From a bacterium (GTDB taxonomy: Bacteria; Bacillota; Clostridia; Oscillospirales; Oscillospiraceae): a stretch of 64,000 bases of DNA. Below, piece by piece: positions 37,290 to 45,543 of the stretch; within the stretch, counting starts at the first letter, position 1, and each line of letters begins with the position of its first letter. The translations under genes were made by a program, and so were the position numbers. The notes beneath the pieces are model-generated. The model made no database searches. It had not been told where the DNA came from and saw only the letters and a list, made by a program, of their open reading frames with translations. Location of the stretch: assembly GCA_029009095.1 (NCBI GenBank), contig JAQXJT010000014.1, forward strand, positions 2,247 to 66,246, in the 5' to 3' direction.

Positions 37290-39255
37290 GTTTCTGTGCA
37301 CGCTGCTGAGCATGTCGCTGGGCGGCAGCCTGATGGCGCTGCTTCTGCTGCTGCTCCGGCCTCTGCTCCACCGCCGGGGCCGCCATACGGCGCTCTTTTA
37401 CCTCTATCTCCCGGTGCTGCTCCGCCTGCTGCTGCCTCTGCCGGGCTTTCTGCCCTTCTCCCTGCCCCAGACCACGGAGCTCACCGAAACGGTGACCGCA
37501 CAGGATCGAGCCCCCGTCGCCCGGCCCATCCATGTGGTGGACGATATGACTGCCGGGATGGGAACCTTGGAGGACGCCGCTACGTCTGAACTCACGACCG
37601 GCTCTGCGGAGCGCCTTCCTTACGCGGTGGACAGCGACGCCGCGCCCGTCTCCGCTCCTTCCTACTCCCCCCGGTTCAGCCCGGACGGCGCGACCATCGC
37701 CGCCGCCGTCTACTTTGCCGGCGTGGCGTTTGCCTTTCTCTACAATTTTCTGGGCTACGCCCGCTTCGCCCGGGCGGTGCGCCGCAGCGGGACGCGGGCG
37801 CCGGAGAGCGCCTACGCCGCCCTGGCCGGGCTCTGCCCCGAGGGCACGGTGGGGCTTCTGTGTTCCCCGGCCGCCCCGGTGCCCCTGCTCATGGGACTGC
37901 GCTGCCCGCTCATCGTCCTGCCCCCCGACACCGTGGGTGAGGACGAGCTTCCCGATGTACTGCGTCACGAGCTGACCCATTGCCGGCGGCAGGATCTCTG
38001 CTACAAGTGGCTGATGGTGCTCACCCTCTGCATCCACTGGTTCAACCCCCTGCTCTACGTCCTTCGCCGCACCATGGCCGCCGACTGTGAACTCAGCTGC
38101 GACGAGGACATCATCCGGGACATGAACCCCCGGGAGCGACAGCACTACGGCGAGACGCTGATCCGTCTCTCCGCCCACGACCATCTGCCCCCCTCCCTGC
38201 CCGCGGCCACTCTCAGCGAGGGCAAGGAGCAGCTCCGCACCCGCCTCCTCTCCATCATGCACGCCGCCCCCAGCACCTCCGCGGCTGTCCTTACCTGGCT
38301 GCTCTGCGCCGTGATCCTCTGCGGCTGCGGCAGCATCATCGGCAGCGGGGCCCGGCGGGAGGCGGAGGCCCCTGCCCCGGACGGTCTCACCCGCCCCCTC
38401 CGGGACGAGGAGGGCCGATGGAGCACCGACGGCGACGTCTGGTACCAGCCCGGTCAGTTTGTCTATGACAACCTTGGCCGCTGGAGCACCGACGGCAACG
38501 TCTGGTACGGGAACGGCTACTGGACCACCGACGGCAACACCCTCTACGATTACTCCCTCTATCTGGGTGAGCGCGTTCCCCTTTACGCCACCAACGGCAA
38601 TGTAGATCCTTCCCGCTGCGAGCCGGTCGCCGTCTCCACGGTGGATGAACTGCTCGCCGCCCTGGGGGAATACAGCTACATCACCCTCTCCCCGGGGGTC
38701 TACGACCTCTCCCAGGCCAGCGTGGACTTCTACCCCAGCGTCCACTGGAAGCCGGAGGGCGGAGAACAGAAGATGCTCTCCTCCGACCTCTACAGCACCG
38801 TGATCCGGGGCGCCACCGGCGACAGCGCGGAAGTAACGCTGCTCTTCGGCAGCGGCAAAAACGCCGCTCTCACCTTTTCCCGCTGCTACGGCCTCAACTT
38901 TCAGAATTTGACCTTTTCCTCCTCAGCGGGTGTGGATAACCCGGGACATCTGCTGAGCTTCGAGGACTGTTCCAATGTCTACTTTGGCAACTGCGACTTC
39001 ACCTCCAACGGCGGCGCCGCCGTCCATCTCCTCAACTCCGGCTTTGTCACCCTGGAGAACTGCTCTTTCCAGCGCACCCTGCAGGGCAATGTGTACGCGG
39101 AGAACCACCGGGTGCTTTTGTGCAGGGACTGCGACTTCACCGGCTCCGGCAGCTCCCTCCCCACTCTTCTCAACAGCACCGCCGTCAACTTTCAGGGCTG
39201 CACCCTCAACGGGCAGGACATGGACGGGGACGAGGCCTATTATGTGTACAGCTAA
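37282..39255 (+). CDS. BlaR1/MecR1-like M56 peptidase with a non-canonical extracellular domain (W-x-T-D-G-N repeats plus parallel beta-helix-like repeats)
   Basis: ATGA overlap with the repressor stop. TM helices. HELTHCRRQD zinc motif. Late TM with an LCGCG box, then the repeat and beta-helix region. No penicillin-binding S-x-x-K sensor. Confidence 0.8.
   Translation: MSKFLCTLLSMSLGGSLMALLLLLLRPLLHRRGRHTALFYLYLPVLLRLLLPLPGFLPFSLPQTTELTETVTAQDRAPVARPIHVVDDMTAGMGTLEDAATSELTTGSAERLPYAVDSDAAPVSAPSYSPRFSPDGATIAAAVYFAGVAFAFLYNFLGYARFARAVRRSGTRAPESAYAALAGLCPEGTVGLLCSPAAPVPLLMGLRCPLIVLPPDTVGEDELPDVLRHELTHCRRQDLCYKWLMVLTLCIHWFNPLLYVLRRTMAADCELSCDEDIIRDMNPRERQHYGETLIRLSAHDHLPPSLPAATLSEGKEQLRTRLLSIMHAAPSTSAAVLTWLLCAVILCGCGSIIGSGARREAEAPAPDGLTRPLRDEEGRWSTDGDVWYQPGQFVYDNLGRWSTDGNVWYGNGYWTTDGNTLYDYSLYLGERVPLYATNGNVDPSRCEPVAVSTVDELLAALGEYSYITLSPGVYDLSQASVDFYPSVHWKPEGGEQKMLSSDLYSTVIRGATGDSAEVTLLFGSGKNAALTFSRCYGLNFQNLTFSSSAGVDNPGHLLSFEDCSNVYFGNCDFTSNGGAAVHLLNSGFVTLENCSFQRTLQGNVYAENHRVLLCRDCDFTGSGSSLPTLLNSTAVNFQGCTLNGQDMDGDEAYYVYS
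38413..38610 (+). repeat. coding tandem repeats W-x-T-D-G-N-x-W-Y (3-4 copies) in the BlaR1-like protein
   Basis: GRWSTDGDVWY, GRWSTDGNVWY, GYWTTDGNTLY, and a degenerate YATNGNVD. Confidence 0.7.
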
Positions 39256-39284
39256 ACCATGAACATAGAAAGGACTATTTTGCC

Positions 39285-40913
39285 ATGACGCTCTCGAAAA
39301 AGCAATTTTGTCTCATCACCCTTGTGCTCTCCGCCGTGTTCCTGGCCTGCCTGCTGCTGCTGTGCGGCTGCGGCGAGAAGGCGGAGCCGGAAGTCCCCGG
39401 CGGCGACACCCCGGAGTCCCGCTACGATGAGCTGGGCAACTGGACCACGGACGGCAACATCTGGTACGCCAGCAGCGGCAACGCCTGGAGCACCGACGGC
39501 AACATCTGGTACGACTGGCAGTACGCCCGGCCCGAAACCGTGGACGGCGTCACACGCGCCGTTCCCGTCTCCTACGCCACCGAGGGGGATGTGTATGCCA
39601 CCGACGGGGACCTCTACGCCACCTACGGCAACGCCGAGCAGCTCATCTCCTACGCCACTGACGGCAACGTGGAGACCGGGAGCGAAGTCCATGTGAGCAA
39701 TGTGGACGAGCTTCTCGCCGCCCTGGCCCCGGGCGCCCACATCTACCTGGCCCCCGGTGTGTATGATCTCAACGCCGCCACCCCCGCTCTCTACGATTAC
39801 TGCTATTTCCGCCCCGTCTGGGAGGGCGGCCACGAGCTGGTGGTCTGCTCTCTTGGCAATTGCATCCTGGAGGGCGAGAGCGGCGTCGCCACGGATACGG
39901 TCATCCTGCAGGCGTCCCGCATGGCCAGCGTGCTGGCGCTGGAGGAGTGCTACGGCCTCCAGCTCCGCAATCTCTCCGTGGGCCACACCCCCGGCGAGGG
40001 CTGCATGGTGGCCGCGTTGAAAATGAAGAACTGCGGCAGCGTCTATCTGGAGAACTGTGACCTCTACGGCTGCGGCGCCTACGCTCTGAACGCCAGCGAA
40101 GCCCGGGGTGTCACGCTGAAGGACTGCAACCTCCACGATTGCAGCTACGGCGCTCTGTCTCTGGACAACTGCGAGAGCTTCCTCTTCCGCAACTGTAGCT
40201 TCACCAACAGCGGCGAATTCGACACCGTTTTCCTCTATAACTGCGGCTGGATCCAGTTTGAGGACTGCTCCTTCACGGACAACCGCAGCAATGTCTTCCT
40301 CTCCGCCGCCGCCTCCTACCGCCTCTTCTTCGACAACTGCACCATCTCCGACAGCTCCTTCCACTATCTCTTCTCCCTGCCCTCCGTCTACACTGCGCCG
40401 GAGTTCACCAACTGCCGCTTCGAGAATGTCACCGTCAGCAAGACCACTGTCAGCGAGGAGCCGTTCATCGACCCGGATCACTTCAGCTCCCAGTATGTTC
40501 TCATGGACGGGGTCGAGTTCCATGTGGCCGGCTCCGAGCTTCCCGAGGGCGTGAGCTATGTGCCCGACGGCGGCTCCACGGAGGGCGGCGAAGTCTATGA
40601 CGACGCGGACACTTTGGCCGTTTACGACGTGGTGGAGAAATTCTTCAACGCATACCTCCAGGGCGACGCGGACACCATGGGCAGCATGATGTCCGACTAT
40701 CAGAAGCCCGTGGACATCTGGAGCGGCACAGGCTACGCCACCAGCTACGAGTTCCGGCGTCTCGAGGATGCCGCCGCCCTCCGCGAAGGGGAGGAATGTG
40801 AGGTCTCCGTGGCCTTCGTCCCCGCCGGACAGGACAGCTACGTCTATCTGGTGCTGAACCTTGTCCGCACCGCCGACAGCTGGCTGATCACCTGGTACGG
40901 TCTGGACGCCTGA
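39285..40913 (+). CDS. lipoprotein paralog of the BlaR1-like sensor domain (repeats plus beta-helix plus extra C-terminal domain)
   Basis: Signal peptide with lipobox LLLCGC. GNWTTDGNIWY and NAWSTDGNIWY repeats. VSNVDELLAALAPGAHIYLAPGVYDL matches VSTVDELLAALGEYSYITLSPGVYDL in the upstream protein. About 22-25-aa N-C-x-F/L repeats. Confidence 0.7.
   Translation: MTLSKKQFCLITLVLSAVFLACLLLLCGCGEKAEPEVPGGDTPESRYDELGNWTTDGNIWYASSGNAWSTDGNIWYDWQYARPETVDGVTRAVPVSYATEGDVYATDGDLYATYGNAEQLISYATDGNVETGSEVHVSNVDELLAALAPGAHIYLAPGVYDLNAATPALYDYCYFRPVWEGGHELVVCSLGNCILEGESGVATDTVILQASRMASVLALEECYGLQLRNLSVGHTPGEGCMVAALKMKNCGSVYLENCDLYGCGAYALNASEARGVTLKDCNLHDCSYGALSLDNCESFLFRNCSFTNSGEFDTVFLYNCGWIQFEDCSFTDNRSNVFLSAAASYRLFFDNCTISDSSFHYLFSLPSVYTAPEFTNCRFENVTVSKTTVSEEPFIDPDHFSSQYVLMDGVEFHVAGSELPEGVSYVPDGGSTEGGEVYDDADTLAVYDVVEKFFNAYLQGDADTMGSMMSDYQKPVDIWSGTGYATSYEFRRLEDAAALREGEECEVSVAFVPAGQDSYVYLVLNLVRTADSWLITWYGLDA
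39435..39675 (+). repeat. coding tandem repeats W-x-T-D-G-N-x-W-Y (2 clear plus about 3 degenerate) in the lipoprotein
   Basis: GNWTTDGNIWY, NAWSTDGNIWY, YATEGDVY, ATDGDLYAT and YATDGNVE. Confidence 0.65.
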
Positions 40914-40926
40914 TCGACCCAACAAC

Positions 40927-40972
40927 AAAAAACGCATCCACCGTCCGTTTGGAACGGTGGATGCGTTTTTCT
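40927..40972. terminator. bidirectional rho-independent terminator
   Basis: aaaaaacgcatccaccgt-N9-acggtggatgcgttttt between convergent genes. Confidence 0.75.
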
Positions 40973-40974
40973 TT

Positions 40975-41862
40975 TTATCTCCGGCGAAACCGCTCCTCGA
41001 TCTCCCGGCTGCCCCGCTGCCAGAGTCTCTCGTCCACGCACTCGTTCAGCAGTTCGCCTTCCCGCTCTGTGCCCCGGCCATGGGGCACGCCGAAAGCGCC
41101 GCTGTCCGAGCCCCGGGCGATGAGCACGCCCTTCTCCGCCGCCGTGCGCAGCATCTCCTGCTGCCGCCGCAGCGTCTCCCCGGCGCAGTCCCCGTCGAAG
41201 CCCTCCCGGCCCACGAAGCCCGCCACCGCCGCCAGCGTGGGCGCCCAGACGCAGCCGCGCTCCGCCATGGCGTCCACGGCGGCCCCGTCCAGAAAATACC
41301 CGTGCTCCACACTGTCCGCACCGGCCTCTACGGCCTGGCGCACCGCTTCCGCCCCGTTCACATGGGCCATGACGGCGCAGCCGGCCTGATGCCCCAGCGA
41401 AATCAGCGTGCGGATTTCCGCCCCGGTGAGGGAGGGGCAGGACAGCTCCCCGTATCGGGAGAAGGTGATGATGCCCGAGAGGATGAGCTTGATAAAGTCC
41501 GCGCCCTGCTCCCTGGCCTCGCCGATGAGCCGCCCGGCCTCGTCCAGGCTGTCCCAGCCCCGCCCCACAATGGCCCCGTAGCGGCCCTTTTTGTGGATGG
41601 CGTAGAGGGGCGTGGCCACGGTGATGCCGTACTCCCCGGCGATCTCCCGGCCCCGGCGGCTCACGCCCCAGGCGTCGCCCCCGTCCCGGAAGTAACTCAC
41701 TCCCTTTTCCGCAAGGGCCGCCAGATTCTGCCGCAGCAGCCCCTCGTCCACGCCGTGACGGTGCCGTTCCCGGGCCGCGGCGAAATCCGCCCCGTCCATC
41801 ATCAGGTGGCCGTGGCATTCCCGCACTCTCTCCGCCGGGGGCGTCACTTCCATGTCTCCCAC
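40975..41862 (-). CDS. amidohydrolase-family metal-dependent hydrolase
   Basis: N-terminal HxH (ECHGHLMMDG), later AHVNG and a downstream SD/H region. Confidence 0.7.
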   Translation of the reverse strand: MGDMEVTPPAERVRECHGHLMMDGADFAAARERHRHGVDEGLLRQNLAALAEKGVSYFRDGGDAWGVSRRGREIAGEYGITVATPLYAIHKKGRYGAIVGRGWDSLDEAGRLIGEAREQGADFIKLILSGIITFSRYGELSCPSLTGAEIRTLISLGHQAGCAVMAHVNGAEAVRQAVEAGADSVEHGYFLDGAAVDAMAERGCVWAPTLAAVAGFVGREGFDGDCAGETLRRQQEMLRTAAEKGVLIARGSDSGAFGVPHGRGTEREGELLNECVDERLWQRGSREIEERFRRR

Positions 41863-42176
41863 ACTTCCGGGCAGTAGCCCACGGTGGCCTGCTTCCCGTT
41901 GCGGACGATGGGGGTGCGGAGCCGCTCCGGCTCTTCAAAGAGCTTTTCCAGCTTGTCCTCGGCGTAAGCCAGATAGGTGATCTCCGCCGCCTGGGGGTGC
42001 TTTTCGTCCACCAGCGCCTCCAGCCCCACGGCGTTTTTCACGCTCTGCAGCTCGCCCCGGCTCATGCCGTACTTCTTCAGATCCACATACTGGTACTTGA
42101 TGCGCCGCTCCTTGAAGTACCGCTCGGCCTTTTTGCTGTCGAAGCACTTGCTCTTCCCGAAGATCTGGATGTTCAC
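41844..42176 (-). CDS. ArsC/Spx-family protein
   Basis: GTG start overlapping the upstream stop (GTGA). IQIFGKSKCFDSKKAERYFKERRIKYQYVDL is an ArsC-family N-terminus. Only the last 110 codons of the track ORF 41844..42770 are used. Confidence 0.7.
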   Translation of the reverse strand: MNIQIFGKSKCFDSKKAERYFKERRIKYQYVDLKKYGMSRGELQSVKNAVGLEALVDEKHPQAAEITYLAYAEDKLEKLFEEPERLRTPIVRNGKQATVGYCPEVWETWK

Positions 42177-43084
42177 AGCGCCCTCTCCATATAATCCATC
42201 AGGTTGTTCCAGAAAATGTCCTGCACCAGCTCTTCCTTGAGTCCCATAGCCAGCAGAGCTTCGTAGAGCTCCGGCATGTTCTCCACGCCGCTCATGCCCT
42301 CGGGCATACTCTCGATGCCGTCCAGATCGCCGCCCAGGCAAAGGGTCTTGCCCGCGCCCAGCGCCAGGAAGTGCTCCACCTGACCCAGCACAGCGTTCAT
42401 GTCCCTGTCGCCCCCCAGAAAGTCCGGGCAGAAGTTCAACCCGATGACGCCGCCGTTGGCGATGAGGGCGCGGATCTGCTCGTCGGTAAGGTTGCGTTTG
42501 TGATCGCAAAGGGTGCGGGCGTTGGAGTGGCTGCACAGCACCGGCCGCTCCGCGATCTCCAGCACATCCCAGAAGGTCTGCTCCGAGGCGTGGGAGAGAT
42601 CCACACCCACACCCAAATTCCAGGCCGCCTTCACAAAGCGCACCCCGTGGCCGGTGAGGCCGCTGCCGCTGTCCATGGCGGCGCCGCAGAGGCGGTTGTC
42701 CTTGTTCCAGACCAGATTGACCAGCCGGACGCCCTCCTTGTAGGCGTAGTAGAGGTTCACCACGCTGCATTCGAGGAGCGTCGCCCCCTCCACGGAGAGC
42801 ATCACCGCCACCTTGCCCTCCCCGGCGGCGGCGCGCACCTCCTCCGCGGAGGTACAGAGGGTGCAGAGATCGGCGTTCCGCCGCAGCATTTTCTCCGCCC
42901 GCCGCCGCTCCAGGTGGTAGCTGTCGGAGCTGTCAAGGCCCGGCGGGGCGAAGATGGCAAAGACCTGCGCCGAGGGGGCAAAGGCGCTCAGCCGCTCCAG
43001 ATCGAGATGGGTCGAGGGGTTGTGCCGCAGCGCGCGGGGGCGGCCCAGCGTGTCGCAATGGGCGTCAAAACGGGGGATAGCCAT
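42173..43084 (-). CDS. membrane (renal-type) dipeptidase, peptidase family M19
   Basis: FDAHCDTL N-terminal motif, SVEG, DLSH and HSNAR motifs. Confidence 0.85.
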   Translation of the reverse strand: MAIPRFDAHCDTLGRPRALRHNPSTHLDLERLSAFAPSAQVFAIFAPPGLDSSDSYHLERRRAEKMLRRNADLCTLCTSAEEVRAAAGEGKVAVMLSVEGATLLECSVVNLYYAYKEGVRLVNLVWNKDNRLCGAAMDSGSGLTGHGVRFVKAAWNLGVGVDLSHASEQTFWDVLEIAERPVLCSHSNARTLCDHKRNLTDEQIRALIANGGVIGLNFCPDFLGGDRDMNAVLGQVEHFLALGAGKTLCLGGDLDGIESMPEGMSGVENMPELYEALLAMGLKEELVQDIFWNNLMDYMERAL

Positions 43085-43112
43085 GTCTCTTTCCTCCTGT
43101 ATCTGTCGGATT

Positions 43113-44774
43113 TTACACTTCCATAATGATGGGCAGGATCATGGGGCTGCGCTTGGTGGTCTTGTAGAGGTAGCCGGAGAGGTTGGACTTCACCCTGCCC
43201 TTGATCCCCGTCCAGTCGCTGATGTGGTGGCTCATGCAGTACTCGATGCTCTCCATGGCCACCCGCCGCAGCTCGTCCATAAGCTGGTCGGACTCCTTCT
43301 CGTAGACGAAGCCCCGGGAGATGATGTCCGGTCCGGCCACCAGGGAGGCGTCCACCCCTGAGAGCGTCATGACCACCACCACCATGCCCTCGTCGGCCAG
43401 GTGCTTCCTGTCCCGCAGCACCACGCTGCCCACTTCGCCCACGCCCATGCCGTCCACCAGCACCTTGCCGGCTATCACCGGCTCGCCCAGACGGATGGTG
43501 CGGGCGCTGATCTCAATGGTGCGCCCGTTCTCGCCCACGGCCATGTTCCGCCGGTCATGGCCCATGCTCTCGGCCACCTCGGCGTGCTTGTGGAGCATAT
43601 GCCGCTCCCCGTGGACGGGGATAAAGTACCGGGGCCGGGTGAGGGCGTAGACCATCTTCAGCTCCTCCTGGCAGGCGTGGCCGGTCACATGCAGGTCGGT
43701 GCCCTTCTCGTAGATCACCTCCGCCCCCTTGGAGAGCAGCTCGTCGATGACCCGGGTGATGGTGGTCTCGTTGCCGGGGATGGCCGAGGCGGAGAGCACC
43801 ACCCTGTCGCTGGGGCCGATGTCCACCTGCTTGTGCTCGGAGAAGGCCATGCGGTAGAGGGCGGACATGGTCTCGCCCTGGGAACCGGTGGAGACGATCA
43901 CGGTCTTCTGCGGGGGCAGCTTGACGATCTGCTTCATGTCCAGAAGCACCCCGTCGGGCACGTTCATATACCCCAGCTCCACCGAGAGCTTCACGATGTT
44001 TTCCATGCTGCGCCCGGTGATGCCCACCTTGCGCTTGTATTTCTGCGCCACATTGAGGATCTGCTGGATGCGGTGGACATTGGAGGCGAAGGTGGTGACG
44101 ATGATGCGCTTGTTGCAGTCCTTGAAGATGCCGTCGAAGCGATCCTGCACCCGGCTCTCCGACTCGGAGTAGCCGCTCTTCTCCACATTAGTGGAGTCCA
44201 TGCACAGCGCCAGCACCCCCTCCTTCCCCAGCTCGCCAAAGCGGGTCAGGTCGGTCATCCCTCCCTGGATGGGGGTCACATCGATCTTGAAGTCGCCCGT
44301 GTGCACCACCACGCCCAGGGGCGTGCGGATGGCCAGCGCCACGGAGTCGGCGATGGAGTGGTTGACGTGGATCAGCTCCACGCCGAATACCCCCGCGTTG
44401 AAGCTGTCTCCGGCCTCCAGCGTGATGATCTTGGCCTTGTTCAGCAGCCCCCGCTCCTCCAGCTTCAGCTCCACCAGTCCGGCGGTGAGCCGGGTGGCGT
44501 AGATGGGGGGGAAGCCCAGATCCTCCAGCACATAGGGGATCGCCCCGATGTGGTCCTCGTGGCCGTGGGTCAGCACGATGCCCCGGATGCGCTTGCGGTT
44601 CTTCGCCAGATAGCTCACATCCGGGATGACCACGTCCACGCCGTACATATCCTCGTCCGGGAAGCCCATGCCGCAGTCCACCACGAGGATGTCCCGGCCG
44701 TACTCATACACGGTCAAATTCTTGCCGACCTCGTTGAGGCCGCCAAGCGGAATGATTTTCAGTTTTGATGCCAT
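43113..44774 (-). CDS. rnj: ribonuclease J
   Basis: Metallo-beta-lactamase motif THGHEDHIG, beta-CASP domain and RNase J C-terminal domain. 553 aa. Confidence 0.95.
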   Translation of the reverse strand: MASKLKIIPLGGLNEVGKNLTVYEYGRDILVVDCGMGFPDEDMYGVDVVIPDVSYLAKNRKRIRGIVLTHGHEDHIGAIPYVLEDLGFPPIYATRLTAGLVELKLEERGLLNKAKIITLEAGDSFNAGVFGVELIHVNHSIADSVALAIRTPLGVVVHTGDFKIDVTPIQGGMTDLTRFGELGKEGVLALCMDSTNVEKSGYSESESRVQDRFDGIFKDCNKRIIVTTFASNVHRIQQILNVAQKYKRKVGITGRSMENIVKLSVELGYMNVPDGVLLDMKQIVKLPPQKTVIVSTGSQGETMSALYRMAFSEHKQVDIGPSDRVVLSASAIPGNETTITRVIDELLSKGAEVIYEKGTDLHVTGHACQEELKMVYALTRPRYFIPVHGERHMLHKHAEVAESMGHDRRNMAVGENGRTIEISARTIRLGEPVIAGKVLVDGMGVGEVGSVVLRDRKHLADEGMVVVVMTLSGVDASLVAGPDIISRGFVYEKESDQLMDELRRVAMESIEYCMSHHISDWTGIKGRVKSNLSGYLYKTTKRSPMILPIIMEV

Positions 44775-44814
44775 TTGATTCTCCTGTTCCGATAGTAATT
44801 ATGTAAACCAGTCA

Positions 44815-44838
44815 ATGCAGATGTACCCTCATCTGCAT
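44815..44838 (-). promoter_or_regulatory. perfect 9-bp stem-loop in the rnj 5' leader
   Basis: atgcagatg-N6-catctgcat, about 40 nt upstream of the rnj ATG and downstream of a TTGACT...TACTAT promoter-like element. Confidence 0.4.
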
Positions 44839-44919
44839 AGTATTTCCTTTTTTTGCAAAGTCAAACCCTTCCGGCCTGACCGAAAAGTCCTGTCGTATAG
44901 TCCCGGCGCGGGACACGCC

Positions 44920-45522
44920 TTACATCTCCCGCCGGCCCTCCAGCGCCCGCAGCAGCGTGGCGTCGTCGGCGTATTCGAGGTTGCTCCCCACGGGCACGCC
45001 GAAGCCCAGCCGCGTCACCCGGATCTCCAGCGGTTTCAAAAGCCGGGAGATGTACATGGCGGTGGCGTCGCCCTCCGCGTCGGGGTTGGTGGCCATGATG
45101 ACCTCCCGGATCTCTCCCCCGGCCACCCGCGTCAGCAGCTCCTTGATCCGCAGATCGTCCGGGCCCACCCGGTTCATGGGCGAGATGGCCCCGTGGAGCA
45201 CATGGTACAGCCCCTTGAATTCCCGGGAGCGCTCGATGGAGAGCACGTCGCGGGGCTCCGAGACCACGCAGACCACGCTGCGGTCCCGGTTGGGGGAGGA
45301 GCAGATGGGGCAAAGCTCGTCCTCCGTCAAATTCTGGCAGACCGGGCAGGTGTGCACCCGCTCCCGGGCCTCCAGCACGCTCCGGGCAAAGGCCTCCGCC
45401 TCCCCCTCCGGCAGGGAAAGAATGTAAAAGGCCAGGCGCTGGGCGCTCTTGCGGCCGATGCCGGGCAGCGACGCGAAACCGTCGATCAGATTTTCCAAAG
45501 AGGCGGGAAAAAAGGAAGCCAT
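44920..45522 (-). CDS. recR: recombination protein RecR
   Basis: LPGIGRKSAQRLAFY HhH, C4 zinc finger (CPVCQNLTEDELCPIC) and Toprim region. Confidence 0.95.
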   Translation of the reverse strand: MASFFPASLENLIDGFASLPGIGRKSAQRLAFYILSLPEGEAEAFARSVLEARERVHTCPVCQNLTEDELCPICSSPNRDRSVVCVVSEPRDVLSIERSREFKGLYHVLHGAISPMNRVGPDDLRIKELLTRVAGGEIREVIMATNPDAEGDATAMYISRLLKPLEIRVTRLGFGVPVGSNLEYADDATLLRALEGRREM

Positions 45523-45543
45523 GGATCGTTCCTCCGAATGAAG

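Noticed and set aside
41844-42770. 308-aa ORF as a single gene
   Set aside because: Its upstream two-thirds is out of frame over the M19 dipeptidase gene and is low-complexity. Only the last 110 codons (GTG at 42176) encode a recognisable ArsC-family protein.
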